A stretch of 64,000 nucleotides of DNA from an uncultured Clostridiaceae bacterium (GCA_947577025.1 CANPTO010000012.1:1484-65483), one strand, 5' to 3'; shown: positions 40,392 through 52,253, numbered from the stretch's first letter. Made by a program: numbers and translations. The notes: generated by a model from the letters alone, not told the origin.

Positions 40392-41626
40392 TTTTGTTTC
40401 TCCCAGTCTTTTTTATATTTTTTCATATTATATATTAAGTAGATAACAAATAAAATAGCTACAGTCAGCATTGTTATGGTATATGTTATGCTTGCCCCTT
40501 GTATTTGTATTTTTTTTACTAAATTGTAAGAAAGTATTGTTGATATTATTGCTGAAATTCCATATATAATTGACTGCATAAATGTTTTTCTCATAGATAT
40601 TAGTATTGTAGATATTACAATACCTATACTATATAATACTGAACCTACTATTATAACTAGCATACTAGTAAAGTATAGTTCTAATTCTACTCCATATACA
40701 ATTTGTAGCACTGGTACTTCTAAAAAGTAGGCTACTATAAATACTCCTATTCCTAATGTAATAATTATACCAATAATTTTTATAATAATATTTCTCAATT
40801 GCTTGTATTTTTTATTTTTTATGTATTGTGTTATTTGTACTAATAATGGTTGAATTACATATTGACCTAATAGTCCCATAAATGTAGCTGGCATTATTAT
40901 AATTCCAAATATAGTTTGTAAGTCATTTGTTAGTATATCATCTATTGCATATCTTGGAGCATTTATTAGGTATATTCCTAAAAAGTTTAGTAAGAATGCA
41001 AAGAAACCTGTTCTTAATAGTCTTTTATTGGCTTTCCAAGAATATTTCGTTTTTCTTATTTTTATCTTTTTTACATTTTTTATATCATATATTATTAAAA
41101 ATAATATGTTAACTATTATTATACTTATAGATGAAACAATTAAGTTTTTAGTTATATAGTCTATTATTAAAAATGTAAGCATTGCTATGGTTGCCTTTAT
41201 AAACATTGATATTCCAACTTTATATAATTCGTTATTTTTTTGAATTATTGCATATATTGATTCGCTAAATGCTTCTATACATTTATAACCACATAAAATT
41301 ACAAATATCATACTTTTATATGTATCGTAATTCTTTATAATTACAAATTCTATTGATACTATTAGCATTATTCCACATGTTAAAAACCTATTATATATAT
41401 AGTCTGTATCCGAGTTTTCTTTTCCTATATCTGTTACTTGAAATGTTCTGCCTAAATAAACTGCTATAACATATAACAAACATGCTGTCGCAAATGAGTA
41501 AGTAAAAATTCCTGCATCATTTATTCCATTTAATCTTGTTACTATTATCGTGAATACTAATGAATTTAGCGCATTTGTTGTTGCTCCAATAATATTCCAC
41601 ATAATGTTTTTTTTATCTGTATTCAT
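40388..41626 (-). CDS. Wzx-like polysaccharide flippase (MOP superfamily)
   Basis: A 412-aa protein with about 12 transmembrane helices, overlapping the downstream GT2 start by 4 nt. Confidence 0.7.
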   Translation of the reverse strand: MNTDKKNIMWNIIGATTNALNSLVFTIIVTRLNGINDAGIFTYSFATACLLYVIAVYLGRTFQVTDIGKENSDTDYIYNRFLTCGIMLIVSIEFVIIKNYDTYKSMIFVILCGYKCIEAFSESIYAIIQKNNELYKVGISMFIKATIAMLTFLIIDYITKNLIVSSISIIIVNILFLIIYDIKNVKKIKIRKTKYSWKANKRLLRTGFFAFLLNFLGIYLINAPRYAIDDILTNDLQTIFGIIIMPATFMGLLGQYVIQPLLVQITQYIKNKKYKQLRNIIIKIIGIIITLGIGVFIVAYFLEVPVLQIVYGVELELYFTSMLVIIVGSVLYSIGIVISTILISMRKTFMQSIIYGISAIISTILSYNLVKKIQIQGASITYTITMLTVAILFVIYLIYNMKKYKKDWEKQK

Positions 41627-41636
41627 AAATATATCC

Positions 41637-42609
41637 CTACACTTTACTATAAATCCATAAAAATGGTTTTATAAAATAAATTTTTTGTAATAATACAAAT
41701 ATATAAATTATTATTTTTACTGTTGTTTGCTCTCCACTATTATTAAATAATTTTATATATTTGTTTGTATAATAGTCATTTGTGTTTTCTTTTATCCAAT
41801 TAAATAGCTTTTCATATTCTTGTATTACTATTTTATATTCTACTTTTTTACTTGAAAATAGTATATAGTATATAGCTGTTCTAAGATAAAAGTATTCCAA
41901 TAACTCTTTATTTTTTGGTTTTAGGTCGTTTTTTATTCTACTTAATGTTTCTATTAAATCGTCTGTTCGATTTAAATTTTTGCTGTCTGTATTAGATAAT
42001 GAGTTTTTGTTAAATAGCCAATGATATCCTATATTATCTATTATTTTTATTTTTTCTGTATTGTTGTATGCAAATATATTAAAGTAGAAATCGTCTGCTA
42101 TTGCTGTTTTTAAAAATCTAAACTCATTTTCTTTTATATATGATGTTTTATATAATTTTCCCCATGAGGCTAGTTGAATGTATGGACTTATTTCTTTGTT
42201 TTTTAGCTTTCTTTTAAATAATATTTTTCCATCATATGTTTTTCTAATATATCCTCCTATTATTATGTCATAATCATTATCGTCTTCTTTTACGTATGTC
42301 TCTATATAGTTTTCTTCCATATAGTCATCATTATCTGCAAACATTATATAATATCCGAGTAACACATTTTAGTCCTAAATTTCTGGTATCTGATACTCCT
42401 GTGTTTTCTTTATTTATTATATTTATAATGCCTTTATATTTTTCTTTATATTGTTTAATAATGTTTAGGCTTTCATCTGTTGAACCATCATTTACTAATA
42501 TTAGCTCTATATTTTTATATGTCTGGTTTAGTATACTATCTAAGCATAATTTTAGGTGTTCTTGTGCATTATATATTGGCACTATTACTGATACTTTTCT
42601 ATTTTGCAT
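41637..42609 (-). CDS. family 2 glycosyltransferase; needs a +1 step at CGG 42355-42357
   Basis: It reads MQNRKVSVIVPIYNAQEHL...NDGSTDES...NLGLKCVT|GYYIMFADNDDYME. The joined length is about 323 aa. Confidence 0.8.
42355..42357 (-). other. in-frame CGG at a +1 frame junction
   Basis: The sense strand reads ACT-CGG-ATA, and GGA-TAT-TAT restores the GxYIxFxDxDD motif. Confidence 0.85.
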
Positions 42610-42955
42610 TTTTTTCTAGTTCCTCCACTCTCTTTTTCAATATAGAAACCTCTTGTACTAGCATTGTATTCTTTTTATTTTCTTTTGATAGCCCTATTGT
42701 AAGGTTAAATATTAAATAAAATGATACAAATATAGTTAAGCAAAATACCATGTTGGCTGGTACCTCAAATCCTAATATTTTTGATATATTCTCTACCAAA
42801 TTAGGAATTAATAGTGCTATTATTAGCAATATTCCTGTAATTAACCAAAATACTGAAAATGACATTTGTAATTTTTTCTTTCTAATAGATTTTAATATTA
42901 AAAAAATATATATTAATGTTATAATTATTAGTACTATATTTAAAGATATGTGCAT
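42599..42955 (-). CDS. DUF2304-like small membrane protein
   Basis: A 118-aa protein with 3-4 transmembrane helices and a C-terminal coiled-coil tail. By recollection this type typically partners GtrB-like GT2 genes. Confidence 0.6.
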   Translation of the reverse strand: MHISLNIVLIIITLIYIFLILKSIRKKKLQMSFSVFWLITGILLIIALLIPNLVENISKILGFEVPANMVFCLTIFVSFYLIFNLTIGLSKENKKNTMLVQEVSILKKRVEELEKNAK

Positions 42956-42975
42956 TTGTTTTTTCTCCTTTTATT

Positions 42976-43674
42976 TTATTTTCTCATACTGTCTATTATA
43001 ATTGCTAAAACTACTTTTATCATATAGTCTGCTGATTTCCAAAATCGTATTGAGGAAGTTCCCCCTTGTCTTTCATTCATACTTACAGGAACTTCTGTTA
43101 CATTATAGCCTTTGCATATCATACATACTGTAGATTCTGGTTCTGGGTATTCAGTTGGATATTCTTTTGCGAATTCTTCTATTATTTTTTTGTCAACTGC
43201 TCTAAATCCTGATGTTGGGTCTGTTATTTTCTTCTTTGTGCATATTTTTATAAATAGTGATATAACATTACTTCCAAACCTTCTCATAAATGTAGATTGA
43301 AACTTACTTGAGTTTTTGTCTAAGTACCTAGTTCCTATTACCATATTAGCTTGTCCTTCTATAATTGGCTTACATATATTGGGTATATAGTTAACATCAT
43401 GTTGACCATCTCCATCAAATTGAATAGCTATGTCATACCCATTTTCATATGCATATTTATACCCTGTTTGTACTGCTCCTCCTATTCCTAAATTGTTTAT
43501 TAGGCTTATATGATTTAGGTTATTTTCTTTTAATATTTTTAGTGTATTATCTTTTGAACCATCATTTATTACAATAAAATCTATTTCATTATTGTTTAAT
43601 TCTTTTATTTTGTTACAAGTATTTAGTATGTTTTCTTCTTCGTTGTATGCTGGTATTATTAGTAATGTTTTCAT
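42976..43674 (-). CDS. GtrB/DPM1-like family 2 glycosyltransferase (polyprenol-phosphate sugar synthase type)
   Basis: The sequence contains LLIIPAYNEEENI...NDGSKDNT...QFDGDGQHD. Confidence 0.85.
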   Translation of the reverse strand: MKTLLIIPAYNEEENILNTCNKIKELNNNEIDFIVINDGSKDNTLKILKENNLNHISLINNLGIGGAVQTGYKYAYENGYDIAIQFDGDGQHDVNYIPNICKPIIEGQANMVIGTRYLDKNSSKFQSTFMRRFGSNVISLFIKICTKKKITDPTSGFRAVDKKIIEEFAKEYPTEYPEPESTVCMICKGYNVTEVPVSMNERQGGTSSIRFWKSADYMIKVVLAIIIDSMRK

Positions 43675-43685
43675 TTTTTCTCCTT

Positions 43686-45500
43686 CTATTTCTTTTCAAG
43701 AATTGCTGAATATTCATTTGAAAATATTATTGAATATTCACTAGCTTCACTATTTATTTCTAAATCTGATTTATCATTTGTCATATATAATAAATACTTT
43801 TTATCTGATTTTATGAATTCTTCTATTGAACTTATTGGACAGTCATATAACTGTGACTGTTTTTTAGTATCTGTAATTCCTGTAAGTTCATATACCCATA
43901 ATCTTTGGTTTGAATTTCCATATATTATTATACTATTTTGTTCTGACTTATCTATGTTATTATTTATATATTTTATAGAGTCAATTTGCCTTCTTTTTAT
44001 TATTGTAGTATCTCGGTTTATAAAAGTTGTATTTATAGCTTGTATATCTAGTATTGCTATACTTTTTTGTGATGGATTGAATAATACATTTTTATTTGTT
44101 ATCTTTTGATCTACCCCTAAATAAAGAAATACTGTTATTCCAACGTATATGGTCAGAAATATATATACAATTGATTTTATCTCTTTGTTGTTCATTATTA
44201 TTTCAAAAGCTCTAAATGTACAATACATTTGTAATATCCAAAGTACAAAATATGACTTAAAATAATAATATGATGATACTTTGTTTAATAACCCTCCTAA
44301 AAAAGTTGCTCCTATAAATAGTAATAGTATAATTGTTAATATAACCACAACATTATTCTTATTATTTTTTAATTCATACCATATATAGTAAAACATAAAT
44401 GGTGCAAATGGTATAAAATTACTATATAAGTCTCTATAGATATATCCTTCATTTGCCATACTTGATATTTCTGTTTTTCCTTCACTTACTATGCCTGGTA
44501 GAACTAAATATATAAATCCTAAAATAGTCGGTAATATTAAAATTATTATTATTTTTATAATATTATTTTTTGCTAATATTGGAACTTCTTTCCTGTTTTT
44601 TATAATATCAATTAATATATATATTCCTATTGCTGAATATACTACTGGTACAAATAAGTAGTATGAAAAAAATATCCCATACATTAGTAAAAACATTGTA
44701 GTTAGTGTAATACTAAATTTCATTTCATTATTTTTTAGATACCTAGACATAGCTATAATGGTTATTATTAATAGTAAACTAACAGATAAATATGCAAAGC
44801 CAAAAAGCATACTATTTAATGGATATGCTAATACAAATATAATTGATAATATAGTTGCTATTATACTTTTTATCACTTCCTTTGTTTCATTTGTAATAGT
44901 TAAATAAAACATTACACCTATTAAAAATAAAATTATTAAGTCAAATATTATATATATCATATACATATCTACTTCATCTAATATCCCTGAAAATATTTGC
45001 ATTAATATTCCTGTATTTACATATGCTGCTGGCATAAATGTCTTAAAATTGTAGTATGATGTTTGTTCTGATTTGCATAATAAAACTTTTTGTTCATAAA
45101 AAGTTTTAGCAGCATTGTAATGTACCCCTGGGTCTGTAGTTTCATATTTTATCTGTAATGGAAATCCATATTGTTTATATGCTATTACTACTACTAAAGT
45201 TAATAATAAAGTTACTGAAATTATATCTTTTACTTTTATATAATATTTTTGTATTTCTCTTTTTCTAAGCATTGATATTAATAATATAGTTAATACTAAT
45301 GCATTTACTACTGCTAAACTAAATAATGTACATTTTAATCCTATTACAGTTAATATATATGATGTAAGTACATTATATGGTATAAATAGTACTGCTGTAG
45401 CAGAAATCCAAAATAATACATTTTGCTTTTTTTCTGTCTTTTTTAATAATAAAAATGTTATAAACAGTGCTAACGTTATTATAATATATATAATTTTCAT
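43686..45500 (-). CDS. large polytopic membrane protein (604 aa), a candidate GT-C glycosyltransferase
   Basis: At least 12 transmembrane helices plus a C-terminal extracytoplasmic domain, immediately downstream of the GtrB-like gene. Confidence 0.55.
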   Translation of the reverse strand: MKIIYIIITLALFITFLLLKKTEKKQNVLFWISATAVLFIPYNVLTSYILTVIGLKCTLFSLAVVNALVLTILLISMLRKREIQKYYIKVKDIISVTLLLTLVVVIAYKQYGFPLQIKYETTDPGVHYNAAKTFYEQKVLLCKSEQTSYYNFKTFMPAAYVNTGILMQIFSGILDEVDMYMIYIIFDLIILFLIGVMFYLTITNETKEVIKSIIATILSIIFVLAYPLNSMLFGFAYLSVSLLLIITIIAMSRYLKNNEMKFSITLTTMFLLMYGIFFSYYLFVPVVYSAIGIYILIDIIKNRKEVPILAKNNIIKIIIILILPTILGFIYLVLPGIVSEGKTEISSMANEGYIYRDLYSNFIPFAPFMFYYIWYELKNNKNNVVVILTIILLLFIGATFLGGLLNKVSSYYYFKSYFVLWILQMYCTFRAFEIIMNNKEIKSIVYIFLTIYVGITVFLYLGVDQKITNKNVLFNPSQKSIAILDIQAINTTFINRDTTIIKRRQIDSIKYINNNIDKSEQNSIIIYGNSNQRLWVYELTGITDTKKQSQLYDCPISSIEEFIKSDKKYLLYMTNDKSDLEINSEASEYSIIFSNEYSAILEKK

Positions 45501-45513
45501 TTAATTCTCCTAT

Positions 45514-47215
45514 CTACATTCTATTGTTTTTATCTTCCTTAAGTAATTCTATTGCCTTCATTTTTATTTGACCTGATAATATTTTGTCTTGTGCCTTTTT
45601 ATAGTAACTATCTATTTCTTCTTGCCTTTCTTTATAGTTTTGCATTTTTGCTGGAACCCTATATAATGAAGTTACTTTGGGAATGTATAAATATTTATTT
45701 TCCATTGCAAATCTTGCCCACATTTCCCAATCTTCTAAATTATCAAGTTCTAAGTCCATTCCTCCATATGTTTTAAAAATTTCTTTTTCAAACATAACAG
45801 CTTGTATTGGGAACATATTCATAGTTAATAATCGTATACGGCTATATGGTTTATTATGAACTAATGCTATTTCTTTTATTTCATATTCGTATTTAGGCTC
45901 TCTTGAACTTACTTCTATTTTTGTCTCAAAAGATGCTGTATATGCTAATTTATATTCTTTATTTTGTTCAAATCCTCTTACTAGCGTTTCCACATGATCT
46001 GCAAAAAATAAGTCGTCATCATCTAAAAAGTTTAGATATTTGCCTGTTGCAAGTTCCATTGCTCTATTGCCTGCTACACATCTTCCGTACTTTTTTTATA
46101 GTTGCTTCATATTTTATGTTTAAGTCTGAAAATTCATTTTCTATCATTTTTTGTGAAATATTTTCTCCATCTTCTACTATTACTATTTCTATATTTTTAT
46201 ATGTTTGATTTCTTAGAGATATAAGAGTTTCTCTTAATGTGTTTGGTCTTCCACAAGTTCTTACAAGTATCGATACTAAAGGATTGCTTAATATTTCTGT
46301 ATCATTTTTTACAAATGCGCCTTCTCTTGCAATCTCATAGTCATATCTGTAAAAAGTTGGTTTGAAATTTTTTAACTTCTCTCTTCTTTTCTCTTTGTTT
46401 CTCCATAAGATATAGTATGGAATATTTGGTATGTTTTTTATACAAGCTTTTATTAATCCCCATTTAGCTCCTTTGAATTCTTCATTTCGTAATATAATTC
46501 CTCCTGTATATTTTACCCATCTTAAAATATCTTTATAATTCCCATATTTAAATCTTAAGTTTAAATTATTTATTATACTATTATAATATTGTACTGGCTT
46601 TATTTCCCCAGCTTCTTTATAGCAATAATGTGTTAATGTAGCTTCTGGTACATATTTTATTTTATATCCTTCTAAACGCACTTTCCAACTCAAGTCTACA
46701 TCTTCTGCATACATAAATATTTTTTTGTCAAAACCACCTATATTTTTAAATAGAGTTCTTTTTATAATAAAACATGCTCCAGATGCCCAAGATGTTTCTC
46801 CATTTAATGGATTATAGTATTTGGGGTGTTCATATGGTTTTTGCCTAAATTCCCACATTGCAAACTCTTTTTCAGATTCTTTTATTGCTTTGTCAATATT
46901 CTTTAATGCATCTTTGTCAAGCTCTGTATCATGATTTAAAAAGAAAACATATTCTGATTCTCCTTTTTCAAATCCTATATTATTTGCTTGTCCAAAACCA
47001 TTATTTTTAGAGTTCTTAATTATATTAAAAGAGCCCAGTTTAGTTTTTTCTTTATATGTATTTAATTTTTTTATGGTATTGTCTTTCGAATTATTATCTA
47101 CAAAAAATAAATTTATATCTTCTAATTGTATTCCTTCTTGTTTTTCTATGCTTTCAATACACCCATTTAACCATTTTTCTGAATTATATGTTACTATTAC
47201 AATGTCTAATTTCAT
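45514..47215 (-). CDS. large family 2 glycosyltransferase with two GT2-like regions; needs a +1 step at CGG 46085-46087
   Basis: The junction reads YEATIKKV|GRCVAGNRAMELATGKYLNFLDDDD. The joined length is about 566 aa. Confidence 0.8.
46085..46087 (-). other. in-frame CGG at a +1 frame junction
   Basis: The sense strand reads GTA-CGG-AAG. The zero frame stops 7 codons later. Confidence 0.85.
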
Positions 47216-47232
47216 GTTATTTAAAATCTCCT

Positions 47233-48807
47233 TTATATTTTTAAATTTAAGTTGAGATATGGATCTTTCCCTTTATATTTATCTAATTTTTGTTGTGTCA
47301 CTCTTTTGATAATATCTTTTTGACTTTTTATTATTGCTTCAGCATCTGCTATGAATATGTTATTTCTTCCTTTTTCATACATTTTTATGCATAACTCAAT
47401 GTGCCTTATTTCTTCGTCATTTTCATTTGTATTTACTAAATTAAGGTATTCTTTCTTTTTTATCAAAAACATTTTATGTGCTGTTATTAACACATTTTGG
47501 TTTATTATTAGCCTTCCCATATAGCCTGGCTCTGTATTGTATTTTCCTTGCGCTATATTTACAATTTTTCCATCTTTCGTAATAGTTCTTCCTATTTGAT
47601 AAACTTTTCCAAATCTTGTTAGTATTTTTCCACTTACTATTCCTGCATCTTTTCTTACATATATTGTTATTAATTCTTTTATTGTTTGTTTTTTTATACA
47701 TACATCACTATTTATAAATAAAATATAGTCACTTTCTATTTTTTCTATAATTTTCTTTTCCTCTTTGGCTGTTTTAGTATTAGTAACTATTATTTCATAA
47801 TTTTGGTATGTAGATTTTTTTATATTTTTTATACATTTTCTTAATTGCCTTTTATTACTTTTATCTCTTATTATTATTGTTATTTTTTCTTCTTTTTGTT
47901 GTAAATATTCTATTTTGTAAAAACCTGGCAATTTGGTTTTATTAACTTTTACTTCTATCTCTTTTCTTTTAAAATAGTCTTTTAATGCTCTTTTTCCATT
48001 TTCATATGCGTATGGCTTAGATGCTGCACTATATGCTACTGAGTTGTCATTAATTCTCCAATTATATACTATTTTAGGAATATGAATTATATCGCTTTTA
48101 TCCTCTATTTTTTCTACTGCTCTTAATATATAGTCATAATCCTGAGCTCCTTCATATTCTTCATTTAGATAACCTATTTTGTCCACTAATTGTTTTTTTA
48201 ATACAGTTAAATGACATATATAGTTATTTGAATATAGCATATCTTCTGAAAAATCTGGCTTAAACTGAGGTTCTATTTCTTTATTTACTCCATCTAGTAT
48301 TTTGTCATCATCTGTGTATATGAATTGTGCATTTCTATTTTCATTAATTGATTTTACTACCTCATATATAGCATTTATTTTAAGTATATCATCATGATCC
48401 ATAAATGCTACATATTCTCCTGTTACCATTTTTAGTGCTTCATTTGTGTTTCCTACTATGCCTTTATTTACATTTAAGTTTTTGTACTTTATTTTTTCAT
48501 TTAAATATTTGTTTATATATGTTATTTTCGAATCGCTACCATCTGCTAAGCATAGCTCTATGTTGCTATATGTTTGATTATTTATAGAACTTATTAGTTC
48601 TTTAAAATATTCTTCTTTTGTATTATATAATGGTACTACTATACTTATCTTAGGTTCATATTCAAATATATAATTTTTTTGCTTTTCTATTTCTATGTTA
48701 GATAACTTGTTTTTCTCTAACCAATTTTCAAAATTCTTTTTTGACTTTTTTCTATTTTTTGCAATTGGTGTAAGTATTCTTTCATATATATTTTTTATTA
48801 TGTTCAT
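47233..48807 (-). CDS. two-domain family 2 glycosyltransferase (524 aa)
   Basis: The sequence contains ISIVVPLYNTKEEYF...ADGSDS...MDHDDIL, plus a second GT-like half. Confidence 0.8.
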   Translation of the reverse strand: MNIIKNIYERILTPIAKNRKKSKKNFENWLEKNKLSNIEIEKQKNYIFEYEPKISIVVPLYNTKEEYFKELISSINNQTYSNIELCLADGSDSKITYINKYLNEKIKYKNLNVNKGIVGNTNEALKMVTGEYVAFMDHDDILKINAIYEVVKSINENRNAQFIYTDDDKILDGVNKEIEPQFKPDFSEDMLYSNNYICHLTVLKKQLVDKIGYLNEEYEGAQDYDYILRAVEKIEDKSDIIHIPKIVYNWRINDNSVAYSAASKPYAYENGKRALKDYFKRKEIEVKVNKTKLPGFYKIEYLQQKEEKITIIIRDKSNKRQLRKCIKNIKKSTYQNYEIIVTNTKTAKEEKKIIEKIESDYILFINSDVCIKKQTIKELITIYVRKDAGIVSGKILTRFGKVYQIGRTITKDGKIVNIAQGKYNTEPGYMGRLIINQNVLITAHKMFLIKKKEYLNLVNTNENDEEIRHIELCIKMYEKGRNNIFIADAEAIIKSQKDIIKRVTQQKLDKYKGKDPYLNLNLKI

Positions 48808-48811
48808 ATTT

Positions 48812-50341
48812 CTACCTTTTCATTTTATCTTTAATTATGTCTAACACACTCATATTACGTATTTTATTTATTTCATTAATTAATTCTTTATTATCTTTAT
48901 CAAATCTTTTCAAATTTTCAATTATTTCTATAATTTCTTCAGAAGAAATTATATATTTATATTGTTCTGAATAAAATTTTCTTTTCTCTTCATCTATTAC
49001 TTTTTCTTGTAGGTCCTTTTCTAAATCTTTATATTCATTTTTGTCTTTTATTCCATATTTACTTAACATTTCTTCTTTCGGTAAGTAATTACTTAACATA
49101 CTGTTATGCATATATAAATTTTGAATAGCCCTATATAATATAAATTCTATCTTTACATTTTCCATATACCATTCTTGATCAAAAAATACAAAATTATTGT
49201 CTTTTGAGTTGTAAAATGTATTTTCAAAAACTAGGTCTATAAACCCATCTTTTATATTTCCATTTTTATCTACTTTTAATTTTTCCCCTATGAATTTATA
49301 CCAAGTGTCTATAATTTTATAAGCTTCATCAATATCATTTTTCTTTATTAGTTTTGCAATATAACTATCTAATAATGGCATTTCTATTAGTTTACTTTCT
49401 ATTACATTTTCTTGCAACGCTTCTTCTTCTGCAATTTTAAATCCTAACTTCCTTAGTTTTGCATTATTATTGTTTATTTCTTGTATATGCTTTTTTGCTA
49501 TTGAACCTTTTATATGTTTTTCTACTCTATCGTCATACATCTTAAGTATTAATGAATATTCTTCTTTTCTCATATCATTATAGCTTATATATTTTATCTT
49601 ATTGTCTATATCAGAGTTTGATAATTCTATTAAATATGAATTTGTATATTCACTAAAATTTTGTTCTCCTATAAATTGTTTTAATAAAACTATTTCGTCT
49701 TGAACTATTAAACTATCTTTATCATAAACAACATTGTAATTTATTTTATTATCTTCTTTCTTTGGTAGCATTTTATCTGTATATATTACATTTGCATTCT
49801 TATAGTTTGGCAATGGGTAATAATTTTTTCTATAATTAAAGCCAACTTTTTCTATTATCTCTCCTATTTCTTCTTTTGAAAACATTTTACCTATATTATA
49901 TTTATTTTTTATTGAGTCATATATATTGCTACAATGTTCACTTTTATTTCCAACTAGATATCTTACTCCTAATCTATTGTCTAAAGCAAGTAGAATAGTT
50001 CCATCTTCTTTTAATGCTTCTTTTGAATATTTTAATAATTCTATATATGCATTTCCACTTTTTATTATTTCGTTTGCATATTCTAGTGTTTCAAGTAAAA
50101 TGATATAATCGTATTTTTTATTTATCGAAATTTTATCATATTTTCCTTCCACTTTTTCTATGTTTTGAAATGTTTTTATTATAGTACTTTCATTATTACC
50201 AAATTTAATTACTTTTAATTTATTACTTATTTTTGATAAATATTTTTCTATTTCTATTTCTTCTTTTACTGTTAAATATAGTATATCTGCATTTTTTTTA
50301 AATGGGTACCATTGTAAAATATTTGTGTTCATTATTACCAC
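48812..50341 (-). CDS. methyltransferase-domain protein with a long C-terminal extension (509 aa)
   Basis: The class I SAM-MTase-like segment reads YDYIILLETLEY...DGTILLALDNRLGVRYLVG. Confidence 0.55.
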   Translation of the reverse strand: MVIMNTNILQWYPFKKNADILYLTVKEEIEIEKYLSKISNKLKVIKFGNNESTIIKTFQNIEKVEGKYDKISINKKYDYIILLETLEYANEIIKSGNAYIELLKYSKEALKEDGTILLALDNRLGVRYLVGNKSEHCSNIYDSIKNKYNIGKMFSKEEIGEIIEKVGFNYRKNYYPLPNYKNANVIYTDKMLPKKEDNKINYNVVYDKDSLIVQDEIVLLKQFIGEQNFSEYTNSYLIELSNSDIDNKIKYISYNDMRKEEYSLILKMYDDRVEKHIKGSIAKKHIQEINNNNAKLRKLGFKIAEEEALQENVIESKLIEMPLLDSYIAKLIKKNDIDEAYKIIDTWYKFIGEKLKVDKNGNIKDGFIDLVFENTFYNSKDNNFVFFDQEWYMENVKIEFILYRAIQNLYMHNSMLSNYLPKEEMLSKYGIKDKNEYKDLEKDLQEKVIDEEKRKFYSEQYKYIISSEEIIEIIENLKRFDKDNKELINEINKIRNMSVLDIIKDKMKR

Positions 50342-50352
50342 CTCTGTTTTTA

Positions 50353-51342
50353 CTATCTCTTTTTCAATAATTTAAGAACTAAATTTCTTATATCAAACAT
50401 TCCAGTGACAAATACTGGTAAATTCATTATTGCAAAGTTTTGTATATAATAACTAGATGTTTCGTTTTTATATAATTTATGAAAGGTTTTCCATCCCTTA
50501 AAATTGATATATTTTTTGCCTTTTATCATTTTAAAATATTCTAGCGCTTCTTTGTTTTGCTGTTTTAAGTTTTCTTTGAATATTCTTTCATTTTCTACAT
50601 ATGTTGTAAATAACCCTTCTTTTACTTCTATAAATAAGTTTCTTACTTGTTCTAATTTTGTAAATTTGTGTGATATTTTTTCTGTTCCTACTTGATTATT
50701 CCCATGTTGTCTGTATTTTATAGTTTTTTCATTTAGGTATTCTACTTTTCCATATAGTGATACAATTACCCCTATCCAAGTGTCATGTATTACATATTTT
50801 GAGTTTGTTGGTATTGGTATTATTTTTTCTATGTATTTCTTTTTTGACATTAACGTACAGCCTGTTATACAATTGTATAGGTATTGCATTTTATAACTTT
50901 GTTTATATTTTTGTATTTTTCTTGTTAATTTCATAAAGTCATTAAATGAAGGCTCTATTGTTTCTAATTTTTCATTTACCACTTCTAGGTCTGTAAATAC
51001 TAAGTCTGAGTGTGTTTGTTTTAACTTATTATATGTTTTTTCTATCTTTTCTGGTAGCCATATGTCATCTTGATCTGATAGTGCATATATTTCGTTTTGT
51101 ACTTGCTTTAATAGAAATTCAAAATTTTTTACATACCCTAAATTTTTTTCTTGATAATATACTTTTATTCTTGTGTCTTTTTTTTCATATTCTTGCAATA
51201 TTTGCCTTGTTGAGTCTTTTGAGCAATCATCTGATATTAACAACCTAAAGTTTTTGTATGTTTGATTTAGTATACTATTTAATTGTTCTTTTATATATTT
51301 TTCTCCATTATATGTGGCTAAAAGTATATCTATTTGTTCCAT
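50353..51342 (-). CDS. family 2 glycosyltransferase
   Basis: It starts MEQIDILLATYNGEKYIKEQLNSILNQTY...SDDCSKDST...SDQDDIW. The ATG at 51342 with an AAGAGG site is preferred; the track N-terminal extension overlaps the upstream gene. Confidence 0.85.
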   Translation of the reverse strand: MEQIDILLATYNGEKYIKEQLNSILNQTYKNFRLLISDDCSKDSTRQILQEYEKKDTRIKVYYQEKNLGYVKNFEFLLKQVQNEIYALSDQDDIWLPEKIEKTYNKLKQTHSDLVFTDLEVVNEKLETIEPSFNDFMKLTRKIQKYKQSYKMQYLYNCITGCTLMSKKKYIEKIIPIPTNSKYVIHDTWIGVIVSLYGKVEYLNEKTIKYRQHGNNQVGTEKISHKFTKLEQVRNLFIEVKEGLFTTYVENERIFKENLKQQNKEALEYFKMIKGKKYINFKGWKTFHKLYKNETSSYYIQNFAIMNLPVFVTGMFDIRNLVLKLLKKR

Positions 51343-51353
51343 GTTTTTACCTC

Positions 51354-52253
51354 TTATTTTATTTTTATGGTAATGTCTCCATCTTTTTCTATATAGTTTT
51401 TTGTAACTCCTAGTTCTTCCATCCATTTTCTTGTTTCTAATGTTTTCCAAGGGCCAGAGTTTTCTCCTGCTCCACTATCATTATTCCATAGCCAGTCTGG
51501 TGATGGCCATAAACATATTTTAGGTGATATTTCTTTGTATAGTTCTTTTGTTGCACCTGATTGCCCATGGTGGGACATTTGTACTATATCACTTTTTAGT
51601 TTTTCTTTCTGATTTTTTAGTAATTTTTCACTTGATTTTTCGCCAGTGTCTCCTAGTATAAGTATACTTGTTTTTCCTGTATTAAATTTTATTACCATAC
51701 TTTGCTCATTTCCTGGGTTTTGTGTTATTTCTGGATTTCTTATTCCTAAAATTTCTACTTCCATTCCATCTATTTGTATTTTTTCATTTAAAGCTGGCGT
51801 TTTTACTTTTGGCTTTATTTTTTCTTCATTTAGTAGGTCTATTAAGTAATTTGAAAATTCTGCTCTCCCCCTTTCATGTTCTTCATACCACTCTTTTTCA
51901 TTTAATGATACATATATATTATCTATCATAACGTTACTATTTTTTGCAATTTCTGTAAATGCTGTTACATGGTCATTATGGTTATGTGTTAAAAACCAAT
52001 AGTCCACTTTGTTGTTATGTTTTTCTATATAGTTCATTAAGTTTTGAGTATCTCCTAATATACCTCCATCTATTATTATCATTTTGTCATTTTTAGTTTT
52101 TATTATATATCCCATCATTTGTGTTGTTGTATGGTTTGATAATTGTATTAATTCTATTTTTTTATTTTCTTTTATATTATATATACTTACACTTATTATT
52201 AAAAGGATTGTTAACGATAATATTATTCCTAATATTTTTTTCTTATTTTTCAT
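51354..52253 (-). CDS. MBL-fold metallo-hydrolase with N-terminal membrane anchor
   Basis: The HxHxDH motif THNHNDH is present, with MSHHGQSG later in the sequence. Confidence 0.75.
   Translation of the reverse strand: MKNKKKILGIILSLTILLIISVSIYNIKENKKIELIQLSNHTTTQMMGYIIKTKNDKMIIIDGGILGDTQNLMNYIEKHNNKVDYWFLTHNHNDHVTAFTEIAKNSNVMIDNIYVSLNEKEWYEEHERGRAEFSNYLIDLLNEEKIKPKVKTPALNEKIQIDGMEVEILGIRNPEITQNPGNEQSMVIKFNTGKTSILILGDTGEKSSEKLLKNQKEKLKSDIVQMSHHGQSGATKELYKEISPKICLWPSPDWLWNNDSGAGENSGPWKTLETRKWMEELGVTKNYIEKDGDITIKIK

Noticed and set aside
47474-47701. A 75-aa ORF nested in the GT2 gene 47233..48807 on the same strand.
   Set aside because: It is out of frame within a well-supported GT2 gene, and its basic, low-complexity product is typical of an alternative frame of AT-rich coding sequence.
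51343-51450. The N-terminal extension of the GT2 track ORF 50353..51450.
   Set aside because: It is basic low-complexity sequence that overlaps the 3' end of the MBL gene. The GT2 consensus start MEQIDILLATYNG, preceded by AAGAGG, is at 51342.
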